A stretch of DNA of 64,000 nucleotides from an uncultured Planctomycetia bacterium (lineage in GTDB: Bacteria; Omnitrophota; Gorgyraeia; 2-02-FULL-51-18), in the NCBI GenBank assembly GCA_964642015.1, contig CAZXLF010000003.1, positions 36,204 to 100,203 of the forward strand, given 5' to 3'. The position numbers were made by a program, and so were the translations under genes. The notes under the pieces were generated by a model. It was given only the letters and a program-made list of their open reading frames with translations, did no database searches and was not told the DNA's origin. Positions within the stretch are counted from its first letter, which is position 1, and each line of letters opens with the position of its first letter. Below, piece by piece: positions 9,285-18,873 of this stretch.

Positions 9285-9449
9285 ATTCTACACTTGCCGA
9301 AAATTGTATAAAATTATTAAAAATTGACAGGTTAAAAGCCGTTTCATATACTAACCTCAATGTCTATTTTCCGAAAGTCGTCTTGTAAAAATACAACAGA
9401 GCTCCTAAAAATGGAGCGTAAACGATTTAATGAGAAGGATGGGGCCCTC

Positions 9450-10814
9450 ATGAAACTATTTTCCCGGATTTTCTTTACAGTTGTGATTAGCGCAATAGTG
9501 ATTCTTGGGGGCAGGCTTCCGGATGTTTTTGCTGACCCGTCATTTCACATCGATAGTCCCGTGAATGGTTTGAAAATTCAGGACTCCGTCGATGTCGCGG
9601 TCACCTGTGACAACAGCGGGCCCAATGCCTCCATTGTTAAATTGGAACTCGTATTCAACGGGCAACATCTGTGGAAAGCCGATCGTCTGCCCAATCAAGC
9701 AAGCTACGGTTTTAAGGGTTGGAATTTAGATATGTATTTTGATGATCCTTTGCCTCAGGCGTCGATCCTGGCTCTGTTTGGGTATGATAATCAGGGCAAG
9801 GTCGTCCGATCTGATTTTTCGCGATTCAATATTATTCATCCTAAAAAATACAAATTGGCCTGCCGGTTTAAAACTCCCGCGCACCTGGACAAGGTGACGG
9901 GGAATGTCACGATCGAAGGAGAGATCACGGAGGGGCAGGCTGATACGGTATTTTTTTCCTGGAAGGCGCCCGAGGGCGATTATATGATCCCGCCCTACTA
10001 TCTTCACGCTGCGCCGTGGACGGTGAAATGGAACACCAATAAAGTAAAAAGCCCCGCATACTACACGCTTGAAATGAGAGCATTTAATCAAGAGACTGAG
10101 CAGACACCCGGAGGGTTTGTCAATGCTCTGATCTCTGTCCAAGTGGATAATCCTCCTGTCGATAGGACCAATCAAGTGCAGGCAAATTTACCGGGGATCA
10201 CGGATCCACAGCCTAAGATGATGGCGCCGCCTCCGATACAGGCGCCTTTACCGATAAATCCTTTGACGGAGGAAAAGCGGAATGCAATTCAGGATTCTTC
10301 AGTGGAGCTTTCTGAGGTAAAACTGAACGGCGATGATCTGGAAGACGTCTCTCGCACGATCTCCATCGAGGATCTAAATGGCCGCGAGGCCGTATTGACA
10401 GGAAATTTGAAAGGCGCAGAATCTCTGGATCATCTGGAATTAAGCCTTGATGGTGGTTCCGGCTGGCAGAGGATAAATTCAAACCCGCGGTGGTCTTATT
10501 CGTTCAAACCTGTTCCGGATCAAGAATATAACTTTAAATTCAGGGCAGTTCAAAAGGATGGAAGTGCTCTGGATCTCAAAGCGCCAAATAAACGATTTCA
10601 TTACACGCGTTTGGGAACAGAACGCCTTGGTGCCCCAAGCAGCAGCACAACTCAACTTCAAGGCGCGGGAACGGCGGTAAGTAATGGGATCACGGCAGCA
10701 TCTCACGGCATGTCCCAAGACACTAGTGCTATTGGCGCCAATACCTCGCCGACGGAACAACGAATTAAAGCTATAAGCCGAAATACGCAGGGCAGCTCGG
10801 ATAATGTTAGTTAG
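9450..10814 (+). CDS. Secreted protein with predicted Ig-like / beta-sandwich domains
   Basis: Signal peptide MKLFSRIFFTVVISAIVILGG...VFA (start chosen at the internal Met at 9450). Repeated beta-rich segments and a Ser/Thr/Gly-rich C-terminus. No sorting motif. Confidence 0.45.
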   Translation: MKLFSRIFFTVVISAIVILGGRLPDVFADPSFHIDSPVNGLKIQDSVDVAVTCDNSGPNASIVKLELVFNGQHLWKADRLPNQASYGFKGWNLDMYFDDPLPQASILALFGYDNQGKVVRSDFSRFNIIHPKKYKLACRFKTPAHLDKVTGNVTIEGEITEGQADTVFFSWKAPEGDYMIPPYYLHAAPWTVKWNTNKVKSPAYYTLEMRAFNQETEQTPGGFVNALISVQVDNPPVDRTNQVQANLPGITDPQPKMMAPPPIQAPLPINPLTEEKRNAIQDSSVELSEVKLNGDDLEDVSRTISIEDLNGREAVLTGNLKGAESLDHLELSLDGGSGWQRINSNPRWSYSFKPVPDQEYNFKFRAVQKDGSALDLKAPNKRFHYTRLGTERLGAPSSSTTQLQGAGTAVSNGITAASHGMSQDTSAIGANTSPTEQRIKAISRNTQGSSDNVS

Positions 10815-10913
10815 TATTTGAATTGTAAGTCGAACACACTGTACCGACTAAGGAAAGAGATTGCGCGCCGTCCGTGGTAATAAGATTGTTTCACCACTCC
10901 CGCTTGCAATGAC

Positions 10914-12215
10914 GTGTTTTTTTGTTCCTTTGACCCTTCATTTATCCTGGCATACAATAGCTCCATGATCGTGCACAATTATTATTTACTGGTTGTCTTG
11001 GTTGTTCTCATCGGCGGATACATTGTAGATCTTATTATCGAGAAGTTGGACGCCGCGCATGCGTCTGTGTTAGTACCTCGAGAATTCGAAGGATATTATG
11101 ACGCCGAAAAATACAAGAAGTCGCAAAGCTACCTTAAAGAGAGGATCCAATTCGGCCTTATTGAAGACACATTCTTTACTTTGGGCGCGGTTATTTTTAT
11201 TCTCGCCGGCTGGTTCGACCTGATCGATGGCTTCGCGCGCTTTTTTCAGCAAGCGCCTCTCGTTACAGGACTTATTTTTCTCGGGATCATATATCTGGCC
11301 CATTATTTCTTATCTATTCCGTTCACCGTTTACCGGACATTTGTGATCGAAGAAAAATACGGCTTTAACAGGACCACCCCGAAGACATTCACTGCTGATA
11401 TTTTTAAAAATATCATATTGACCATGCTGATCGGCGCGGTCATCTTATCGGCTGTATTGTGGTTTTTTAGTACTTTCGAAAAATGGGCGTGGCTCTATTC
11501 ATGGATGGCTGTGATAGTCTTCGAGCTTTTTTTTATATTCATCGCGCCTGTCGCCATCATGCCGCTTTTCAATAAATTCACTCCCTTGGAAGAAGGCGGG
11601 CTTAAAACCGCCATCGTTGATTATGCGCGTTCACAGGATTTCAAGATAAAGGGAATCTACACGATGGACGCTTCACGCCGCAGTACCAAATCGAACGCTT
11701 TTTTTACGGGCCTCGGCAGATACAAACGGATCGTGCTGTTCGATACGCTGGTAGCGAAGATGAAAACGGATGAACTAGTGGCGGTGCTCGCGCATGAGAT
11801 AGGGCATTACAAGCACAAAGATATTTTTAAAAGTCTCATTGTCTCGGCGGCTAGCACAGGGCTCATGTTCTTTGCTCTGTCATTTTTTATCCATAATGAG
11901 GATTTTTTTGCGGCATTTAAAATGGAAAGCGTCTCCGTTTACGCCGGGCTCTTTTTATTCATGTTCCTGTTCCAGCCGGTAAACTCGCTGTTCTCCGTCG
12001 GGACAAATTACATCTCGAGACGTTTTGAAACTTCGGCCGATAGATTTTCGATCGATACGTTTAAACACCCGGAAGCGATGATAAGAGCGCTCAAGCGCCT
12101 CAGTGTCGATAACCTGTCAAACCTCACTCCACATCCTTTGAAAGTATTCTTGTCTTATAGCCATCCGCCTGTTCTTACAAGGATAGAGGCGATAAGGTTG
12201 AAGGCCGGAACTTAA
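10914..12215 (+). CDS. M48-family (Ste24/HtpX-like) zinc metallopeptidase, integral membrane
   Basis: Multiple N-terminal TM helices, an HEXXH motif (LAHEIGHYKHKD) and a downstream Glu as third zinc ligand, an architecture like CAAX-protease Ste24. An alternative start at 10965 (MIVHNYY) is possible. Confidence 0.7.
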   Translation: MFFCSFDPSFILAYNSSMIVHNYYLLVVLVVLIGGYIVDLIIEKLDAAHASVLVPREFEGYYDAEKYKKSQSYLKERIQFGLIEDTFFTLGAVIFILAGWFDLIDGFARFFQQAPLVTGLIFLGIIYLAHYFLSIPFTVYRTFVIEEKYGFNRTTPKTFTADIFKNIILTMLIGAVILSAVLWFFSTFEKWAWLYSWMAVIVFELFFIFIAPVAIMPLFNKFTPLEEGGLKTAIVDYARSQDFKIKGIYTMDASRRSTKSNAFFTGLGRYKRIVLFDTLVAKMKTDELVAVLAHEIGHYKHKDIFKSLIVSAASTGLMFFALSFFIHNEDFFAAFKMESVSVYAGLFLFMFLFQPVNSLFSVGTNYISRRFETSADRFSIDTFKHPEAMIRALKRLSVDNLSNLTPHPLKVFLSYSHPPVLTRIEAIRLKAGT

Positions 12216-12361
12216 ACCGGACACCGCCCGGCCAGTATTTCCCTTTAAAAAGAGTGACAGCGCTTGATGACTTTAAGTGATCAGTAGCCTCCCTTATATG
12301 TAGCCACAAGCGCGTCACGGAGGGGAATCCGCGTTCCCCTCATGAAAATCTATATAATTTT

Positions 12362-12676
12362 TTAAGAAGCCATTCCTTTGATCGATGTCTGCTCCAGGTG
12401 AATTTGCATCATAGAATGCTCTGGCGGATTTGGGATCTCAAATCCGTATTTATCATATCGAATGACTTTCTCCACATCGCCCGCATCATTGTATAAGTGA
12501 AGATTTTTGGAGCCGTCAGGGTAATAGATCATTTCAGAAAGCGGTCTGTGTATCCCGTCCTTTTCCATATATTCAGATACTCGCAGGATCTGGCCATTGT
12601 GATCTATGTGCGCCATTTGTATCAGATTCTCAATTCCGGTCTCATTTCTAACCTCGGAGCTGATAGTTATTTTCAT
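12362..12676 (-). CDS. Hypothetical protein with MORN/YwqK-like repeats
   Basis: AAGGTGG RBS before MKITISS. Repeats of the YYPDGS...LYNDAG...RYDKYG type. Confidence 0.4.
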   Translation of the reverse strand: MKITISSEVRNETGIENLIQMAHIDHNGQILRVSEYMEKDGIHRPLSEMIYYPDGSKNLHLYNDAGDVEKVIRYDKYGFEIPNPPEHSMMQIHLEQTSIKGMAS

Positions 12677-12688
12677 GGCTCTGCCCAC

Positions 12689-13086
12689 CTTTTTAAAATT
12701 TTTTAATTAGTGGCCAAAAAATTGAACGGGTTTTAACCGTTCCATATGTTCACTAATTGTTAGCTTACCTAAGTTAGAGTATAAGAATCATATTTGAATA
12801 TTCAAGCACATGCAGATAAACACCTAATTATATCTGTATATAATAATGTATTAATAAGGATTAATAATCTTAATTAATATATTATATATTTGTACCATTC
12901 GTTATTATGCATAGCATTGGGGTTTTGTGTCATCGCGGTGTCAAAGATAGCCTGACCACCTCGCTAAAAACCCCCAAGCGGTCACTCAAGAGCAAGCTCG
13001 GTCAGAATGACGGCGTTGTGCTACAATTATTTCATTAAATACCACACAATAAATTTTTCATGATTTGATTAGGGAGATAATTTAAG
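12689..13086. promoter_or_regulatory. Extremely AT-rich divergent intergenic/promoter region
   Basis: About 400 bp with long A/T tracts (TATATCTGTATATAATAATGTATTAATAAGGATTAATAATCTTAATTAATATATTATATATTTG) between a minus-strand gene and the QueC-like gene. Multiple TATAAT-like boxes. Confidence 0.5.
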
Positions 13087-14331
13087 TTGAAAGATTTTAT
13101 CCGCTTGAAGCGCGCCTCGCAAGAAGGAAGGCGGATCTCCTACCAATTTGAATCTTCACTGCGTTTTTTTAAAAAGCGCGAGTTTTACGTTATTTATGAA
13201 AGAGATTTCCCGCTTGCGAGCGCCGGTATGCTGACTGTTCCTTTCGCGGCGGTGATGGCCTCTCTGTCGTGGATGACCGGTGCGGATCTGGAAATGGACG
13301 TACTGGATGAGAGTTACGTCGGGTCGCTTAAAAAAGCGCGGGATTATTTTTATCGCTGGTTTTCCAAGAAATGGTCTTTCGCGGGTCAAATAAAGGCGCG
13401 CACTGAAAAGAATGAAGGCAGCGCTGTCCGTGAAGGCGTTCTTTACAGCGGAGGACTGGACGCGCTCACGACTTACATCCGTCATCGTGAAAAAAAGCCT
13501 ATGCTTTTTTCGTTCTTTGGAGCGGATATCCCTCTGGGCCAGCCGAAGTTTGCGGACGCCTGTAAAAGATCTTTTCATGAGTTTGCCGGATCTGAAGGCG
13601 TGGAGCTTTGTTGTATCGATTCGGATTTCTGGGATTTATTTGCCAAGGACGATCTCAAGCAGCGGACACTTAACTGGTGGGGCGAGACCGCTCACGCGAT
13701 GGTCTTGAGCGCGATGACGGCTCCGTTCAGCTACCGTGAATTCGGGCGTCTATGGATGGCCAGCAGTCATATGAAGGACAGCGCGGACTACGGGTGGGGA
13801 AGCGATTATGATCTGGATAATGACCTTTGTTGGGGGGACACGTATCTCAAGGAAGACTTTCACGATGGTTCACGAATTCGTAAAATACAATATTTCAAGA
13901 ATTATCCGGAGTACCACCGGTTCCTGCGCGTTTGTTACAACTGGTGGCGCAGGACAGGAGAGGCGATCAATTGCGGCCGCTGTGAGAAATGCTTGCGGAC
14001 TATTTGTGAATTAATGCTGAACGGCATCGATCCCGCTGATTGTAATTTTCAGATGACGGACGCCACTTTTCCTGAGCTCAGGAAAGCACTTGAGAAACCT
14101 TATGCTTATCACTCTTTTTTTAACGGCGGGTCCTCAGCTTTGGAATTTTGGACAGAAATACGCCGGATGTGTTTGTCGGGAGGCGTCCTGGACCGCTATG
14201 GATCAGGAAAATTTTTCAAATGGCTCGTCAAATTCGACAAGATAGAAAAAATGAAGAGTACCGCGCTGGGCCGCGCGATGTTCCGCTTTAGGCGGCTCCG
14301 CTGGGACCTGATGCGCAGTTTCGGCCGGTGA
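13087..14331 (+). CDS. QueC-like PP-loop ATP pyrophosphatase paralog with N- and C-terminal extensions
   Basis: PP-loop motif LYSGGLDALT at about aa 121. A QueC-type zinc ribbon VCYNWWRRTGEAINCGRCEKCLRT (compare QueC TCYNG...GCGECPACHLR) sits about 180 aa downstream, the same spacing as in QueC. Extra domains of about 110 aa (N-terminal) and about 90 aa (C-terminal). TTG start with an AGGGAG RBS. Confidence 0.6.
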   Translation: MKDFIRLKRASQEGRRISYQFESSLRFFKKREFYVIYERDFPLASAGMLTVPFAAVMASLSWMTGADLEMDVLDESYVGSLKKARDYFYRWFSKKWSFAGQIKARTEKNEGSAVREGVLYSGGLDALTTYIRHREKKPMLFSFFGADIPLGQPKFADACKRSFHEFAGSEGVELCCIDSDFWDLFAKDDLKQRTLNWWGETAHAMVLSAMTAPFSYREFGRLWMASSHMKDSADYGWGSDYDLDNDLCWGDTYLKEDFHDGSRIRKIQYFKNYPEYHRFLRVCYNWWRRTGEAINCGRCEKCLRTICELMLNGIDPADCNFQMTDATFPELRKALEKPYAYHSFFNGGSSALEFWTEIRRMCLSGGVLDRYGSGKFFKWLVKFDKIEKMKSTALGRAMFRFRRLRWDLMRSFGR

Positions 14332-14385
14332 AGCTTTCCAACCTATAAATTTAATCACAACTATATTCCATTGATCATAATTCTT

Positions 14386-14408
14386 GCGCCGATTGATATC
14401 ATCGGCGC
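14386..14408 (+). terminator. Palindromic hairpin downstream of the QueC-like gene (possible terminator)
   Basis: GCGCCGAT-tgatatc-ATCGGCGC perfect stem. No strong T-run. Confidence 0.3.
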
Positions 14409-14489
14409 CATAGACTAAGCTTTATATTGGTCCATTGTAATGGGCAGAGTTTTAGGCAATTAAGATAAACTTTTGTAAAGGATGCAAAA

Positions 14490-14759
14490 GTGAACGACGA
14501 ATCTTATCAAAACACAGTCGCATTCATTCTTTTGGGGATTCTCATGCTAAGCCCTTCATCTTTCGCGGCTTCAGATGAAATGTCCAAGCGGAGAGGTGAC
14601 GAGATCCCTTCCGTATTGCCCGAATTTCATTATGGAATGAACAAGGAAAATGTGGAAAAGATGAACAACCTCGATGAGCTGATCGGCAAGAACGGCCATT
14701 TTGAACCCCGCGAGAAAAAAGTATCCTTCCAAAAGCCCGCTGACCCTCCGACAGAGTGA
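14490..14759 (+). CDS. Small secreted hypothetical protein
   Basis: GTG start after AAGGA. Signal peptide AFILLGILMLSPSSFAAS, then a charged 60 aa tail. Confidence 0.35.
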   Translation: MNDESYQNTVAFILLGILMLSPSSFAASDEMSKRRGDEIPSVLPEFHYGMNKENVEKMNNLDELIGKNGHFEPREKKVSFQKPADPPTE

Positions 14760-14867
14760 TTTAAAAACCAAAACTGACGAAATTTTGATGGTGGGGCTTC
14801 GCAATGGCAAATGCCTACGCTCGCCATGACGGTCTGATTCCTCAGCAGAGAAAAAAAGGATAATCAA

Positions 14868-14894
14868 GGGAAAAGGAGACTCTCTCCTTTTCCC
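14868..14894. promoter_or_regulatory. Perfect 12-bp-stem palindrome
   Basis: GGGAAAAGGAGA-ctc-TCTCCTTTTCCC. No adjacent T-run on either strand within 8 nt. Confidence 0.4.
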
Positions 14895-14997
14895 TTGCCT
14901 AATTTTAGGGTTACACATTCCGCTAAGGAAGGGGGATACAGTGCCGAGGTTTTGTGATTGCTCACACCGCATCGCAAAGCTGCAGGACACGCCATAA

Positions 14998-15018
14998 GGG
15001 GGAAACATCGTTTCCCCC
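14998..15018. promoter_or_regulatory. Perfect 9-bp-stem palindrome upstream of sdhC
   Basis: GGGGGAAAC-atc-GTTTCCCCC, about 25 nt upstream of the sdhC start region. Confidence 0.4.
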
Positions 15019-15042
15019 TTGGATTGACTTTGTGGTAAGTTC

Positions 15043-15783
15043 TTGTTTTGTAACACTTGCATTAAACGGGGTCAATATGAGAACATATTGCCCATGACTT
15101 TTTTCTGCTGTAAATCATCCATTGATAAAAAGGTGGTCATGGCGGTTACAGGCCTCATGCTTTTGGGCTTCGTGATCATCCATATGCTTGGGAACCTACA
15201 GGTATTTCTGGGACAGGACCAGCTGAATGCCTACGCCCAACACCTGGAAGAAATGCCGTTTCTTTTATGGCCTGCGCGGGCGATCCTTCTCCTGGCCCTT
15301 ATCGCTCATATGGGCACAGCCATAAAGCTGGCGATCGAGAACAAGAATGCACGTCCCGTGCGCTACAGCCACGAAGACACAGTCCAGGCCAGCTACGCTT
15401 CACGGACGATGGTGATGTCGGGGCTCATAATTTTCGCGTTCATCGTTTTTCACCTTTTGCATTTCACGTTCGACAAGATCCATCCTGAATTCTGCGGTCT
15501 ATTGGATAGCAAAGGCCGCGACGATGTTTATTCCATGGTGGTCTTGAGCTTCAGGGACCCCTTGATCTCGGGCACTTATATATTCGCGATGGCGGTACTT
15601 TGTTTTCATTTAAGCCATGGCGTTTCAAGTCTCTTTCAATCGCTCGGCTTGAATGACGAGCGATTTCGGAAAAAGATCAAATGGCTGGGAAATATCGTGG
15701 CTTTGGTGATTTTTTTAGGGAATTCCTCGATGCCTCTGGCGGCTTTGTTAAAAATACTGCAGCTTCCTAAAGGAGTGAGCTAG
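15043..15783 (+). CDS. sdhC: Succinate dehydrogenase / fumarate reductase dihaem cytochrome b subunit (B-type, single membrane anchor)
   Basis: MAVTGLMLLGFVIIHMLGNL signature of the b558-type subunit. Five hydrophobic helices with conserved His residues. An alternative start at 15094 is possible. Confidence 0.8.
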   Translation: MFCNTCIKRGQYENILPMTFFCCKSSIDKKVVMAVTGLMLLGFVIIHMLGNLQVFLGQDQLNAYAQHLEEMPFLLWPARAILLLALIAHMGTAIKLAIENKNARPVRYSHEDTVQASYASRTMVMSGLIIFAFIVFHLLHFTFDKIHPEFCGLLDSKGRDDVYSMVVLSFRDPLISGTYIFAMAVLCFHLSHGVSSLFQSLGLNDERFRKKIKWLGNIVALVIFLGNSSMPLAALLKILQLPKGVS

Positions 15784-15786
15784 ATC

Positions 15787-17700
15787 ATGGCGCTCGACGC
15801 AAAAATTCCTTCAGGACCTCTTTCTGAAAAATGGGACAAGCATAAATTTGACCTCAAGCTTGTGAATCCCGCGAATAAACGCAAGTTCAGCGTCATTGTC
15901 GTGGGGACAGGGTTGGCAGGATCCTCGGCGGCGGCTTCGCTTGCCGAACTTGGCTATGATGTGCATTCATTTTGTTTTCAGGACAGCCCGCGCCGTGCGC
16001 ATAGCATCGCGGCTCAGGGCGGGATCAACGCCTCCAAAAATTATCCCAATGACGGCGACAGTGTTTTCCGGCTTTTTTATGACACGATAAAGGGCGGGGA
16101 TTTTCGTTCGCGCGAGGCCAACGTCTACCGTCTTGCTCAGGTCAGCGGGAATATTATTGATCAATGTGTCGCGCAAGGCGTGCCGTTCGCGCGCGAATAC
16201 GGTGGATATCTCGCAAACCGTTCTTTCGGCGGCGCTCAAGTGTCGAGGACTTTTTATGCCAGAGGCCAGACGGGACAGCAGTTGCTTCTCGGTGCTTATC
16301 AGGCGCTGGAGCGTCAGATTGGGCTTGGAAAAGTTAAAATGTATCCGAGGACCGAAATGCTGGACCTCGTCGTGATCGACGGGCACGCCAAAGGTATTGT
16401 GGCGCGTGATCTTGTCACCGGCAAGATCAGTTCCCACGCCGCGGACGCGGTGGTGCTGGCGACAGGCGGTTATTCCAATGTCTTCTATTTATCAACGAAC
16501 GCCGCTGGGTGTAATGTCACGGCGATCTATCGCGCGCATAAAAAAGGCGCGCTGTTCGCGAATCCCTGTTTTACGCAAATCCATCCGACTTGCATTCCGG
16601 TGACAGGAGATCATCAGTCAAAGCTGACCTTGATGTCCGAGTCGCTGAGGAATGACGGGCGTATCTGGGTCCCAAAGAAAAAAGGCGATAAGCGCGCACC
16701 TCAGGATATTCCCGAAGACGAGAGAGATTATTATCTGGAAAGAAAATATCCGAGCTTCGGAAATCTTGCTCCACGTGACATTGCTTCAAGGAGCGCTAAG
16801 CAGGTTTGTGACGAAGGCCGTGGAGTGGGTGAATCAGGCCTGGGCGTGTATCTTGATTTTTCGGATGCGATCAAACGCCTCGGTGAAAAAGTGATACGTG
16901 AGCGCTATGGAAACCTTTTTGATATGTACGAGAAGATCACCGCCGAAGATCCTTATAAAATGCCGATGAGAATTTATCCGGCGCTTCATTACACGATGGG
17001 CGGGTTGTGGGTCGATTATAATCTGATGAGCAATGTTCCGGGACTTCACGTGATCGGCGAAGCGAATTTTTCGGACCACGGAGCCAATCGTCTAGGCGCG
17101 AGTGCCCTCATGCAGGGTTTGGCGGATGGATATTTTATTTTGCCTTATACGCTCGGACATTATTTTGCCTCAGCTCCGAAAACCAAGGTCACGACGGACC
17201 GCGCGGAATTTAAAAAAGCCGAGTCCGAAGCCGGGGAAAAACTTCAGCGGCTTTTGTCGATCAAGGGGAAACGCACCGTCAATTCTTTTCACCGCGAACT
17301 GGGTTCGCTGCTGTGGGAGAATTGCGGCATGGCGAGAAATGCAAAAGGATTGAAGCAAGCGCTTGAAAAGATCCCGGTGCTTCGGGAAGAATTCTGGAAG
17401 AACGTCAATATTTTGGGGAACGGCGAAGAATTGAACCAGTCGCTTGAAAAAGCCGGCCGTGTGGCGGACTTTTTGGAATTTGCCGAGCTTCTATGTTATG
17501 ACGCGCTTCACCGCGAAGAGTCCTGCGGCGGACATTTTCGTGAAGAGCATCAGACAAGCGAAGGCGAGGCCCTGAGAGATGATGAGAAGTTCGCTTATGT
17601 GGCGGCGTGGGAATATAAAGGCGTCGGCTCGACGCCGGCGCTTCATAAAGAGCCTTTGGTTTATGAGAATGTGCATTTGGCGGTGAGAAACTACAAATGA
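15787..17700 (+). CDS. sdhA: Succinate dehydrogenase / fumarate reductase flavoprotein subunit
   Basis: FAD-binding [12 protein letters not shown], the covalent-FAD His region HSIAAQGG, and the HYTMGG and RLGASAL motifs. Confidence 0.93.
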   Translation: MALDAKIPSGPLSEKWDKHKFDLKLVNPANKRKFSVIVVGTGLAGSSAAASLAELGYDVHSFCFQDSPRRAHSIAAQGGINASKNYPNDGDSVFRLFYDTIKGGDFRSREANVYRLAQVSGNIIDQCVAQGVPFAREYGGYLANRSFGGAQVSRTFYARGQTGQQLLLGAYQALERQIGLGKVKMYPRTEMLDLVVIDGHAKGIVARDLVTGKISSHAADAVVLATGGYSNVFYLSTNAAGCNVTAIYRAHKKGALFANPCFTQIHPTCIPVTGDHQSKLTLMSESLRNDGRIWVPKKKGDKRAPQDIPEDERDYYLERKYPSFGNLAPRDIASRSAKQVCDEGRGVGESGLGVYLDFSDAIKRLGEKVIRERYGNLFDMYEKITAEDPYKMPMRIYPALHYTMGGLWVDYNLMSNVPGLHVIGEANFSDHGANRLGASALMQGLADGYFILPYTLGHYFASAPKTKVTTDRAEFKKAESEAGEKLQRLLSIKGKRTVNSFHRELGSLLWENCGMARNAKGLKQALEKIPVLREEFWKNVNILGNGEELNQSLEKAGRVADFLEFAELLCYDALHREESCGGHFREEHQTSEGEALRDDEKFAYVAAWEYKGVGSTPALHKEPLVYENVHLAVRNYK

Positions 17701-18452
17701 AATTTACATTAAAGATCTGGCGCCAGAAAAATAAAGAAGATAAAGGCCAGCTGACCGAGTATCAGGCGGAGAACATAAGCCCCAACATGTCCTTTCTTGA
17801 GATGCTGGACGTCGTGAATGAGGAATTGACCGCAAAAGGCGTCGATCCCATCGCGTTCGATCATGATTGCCGTGAAGGGATTTGCGGAATGTGTTCGCTG
17901 GTGATCAACGGAGTCGCGCACGGGCCCGAACGCGGGACCACGGCCTGTCAGCTTCACATGAGACATTTTAAAGATGGCGATACGATCTTTATTGAGCCAT
18001 GGCGTGCCAAGGCATTCCCTCTTATTAAAGATCTTGTCGTGGACCGCAGCGCGTTTGACCGTATTATTCAGGCCGGAGGTTTTGTTTCGGCCAGCACAGG
18101 CGGCGCGCCGGACGGCAATGCGATTTTGATCTCAAAAGATCAAGCCGAGACCGCGATGGACGCCGCTGCCTGTATCGGCTGCGGAGCGTGTGTCGCGTCG
18201 TGCAAGAATGCTTCGGCGATGTTGTTCGTGGCCGCGAAGGTATCGCAGCTTGCAGAATTGCCGCAAGGACAGATCGAGCGTGAAAAACGCGTCAAGAACA
18301 TGGTACGGCAGATGGATCAAGAAGGTTTTGGAAATTGTATGAACCAATTTGAATGTGAAGCAGTTTGTCCAAAAGAGATCAGCGTTTCTCTGATCGCCAA
18401 AATGAACAGGGAATACATGAAGGCCTTACAGAAAGGAACTCGTCATGAGTGA
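17697..18452 (+). CDS. sdhB: Succinate dehydrogenase / fumarate reductase iron-sulfur subunit
   Basis: Cys clusters [20 protein letters not shown] and CPKEIS (2Fe-2S, 4Fe-4S and 3Fe-4S ligands). The start overlaps the sdhA stop. Confidence 0.92.
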   Translation: MKFTLKIWRQKNKEDKGQLTEYQAENISPNMSFLEMLDVVNEELTAKGVDPIAFDHDCREGICGMCSLVINGVAHGPERGTTACQLHMRHFKDGDTIFIEPWRAKAFPLIKDLVVDRSAFDRIIQAGGFVSASTGGAPDGNAILISKDQAETAMDAAACIGCGACVASCKNASAMLFVAAKVSQLAELPQGQIEREKRVKNMVRQMDQEGFGNCMNQFECEAVCPKEISVSLIAKMNREYMKALQKGTRHE

Positions 18453-18870
18453 AGTATTGAGTGAATCTCAAAAAAGACCGGGCATCGTGATCTTTGTCTC
18501 GATCCTGAACTTTTTCTCGGCAGCAACATGGTTTTTTGTGGCGGCCCTGTTCGTGACACTGCTTATTTTTGGCAATGCCGTGAATTTCTACCAAACGCTT
18601 ACAAACCAGCTTCAAGAGCGGTTGGCCAGTCAGAATCTCTCCATCGGTCTTAATGTGATCTTTTCTTTTTTTCTGAGCATTGGTTTGATTTTTGGGATTT
18701 ATCATTTGTTATTGGGATTGGGGTTATTAAAAGCAAAAGGCGCGGCTTGGTACGTGCAGGTTGTGACAGCTATTTTTGGTCTCATTCTGCTTCCGTACGG
18801 CACGATCCTCAGCGTCCTGATTTTGATCTTTTTCTTTCAGGCCAATGTCAGGAATTATTTCAAGGTATAA
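18445..18870 (+). CDS. Hypothetical integral membrane protein
   Basis: 141 aa, 4 hydrophobic helices. Overlaps the sdhB stop, so likely co-transcribed. Confidence 0.4.
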   Translation: MSEVLSESQKRPGIVIFVSILNFFSAATWFFVAALFVTLLIFGNAVNFYQTLTNQLQERLASQNLSIGLNVIFSFFLSIGLIFGIYHLLLGLGLLKAKGAAWYVQVVTAIFGLILLPYGTILSVLILIFFFQANVRNYFKV

Positions 18871-18873
18871 CGT

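Noticed and set aside
14571-15062. 163-aa minus-strand ORF spanning the sdhC upstream region
   Set aside because: It runs through two perfect palindromic hairpins and the sdhC promoter region, and its low-complexity translation has no motif.
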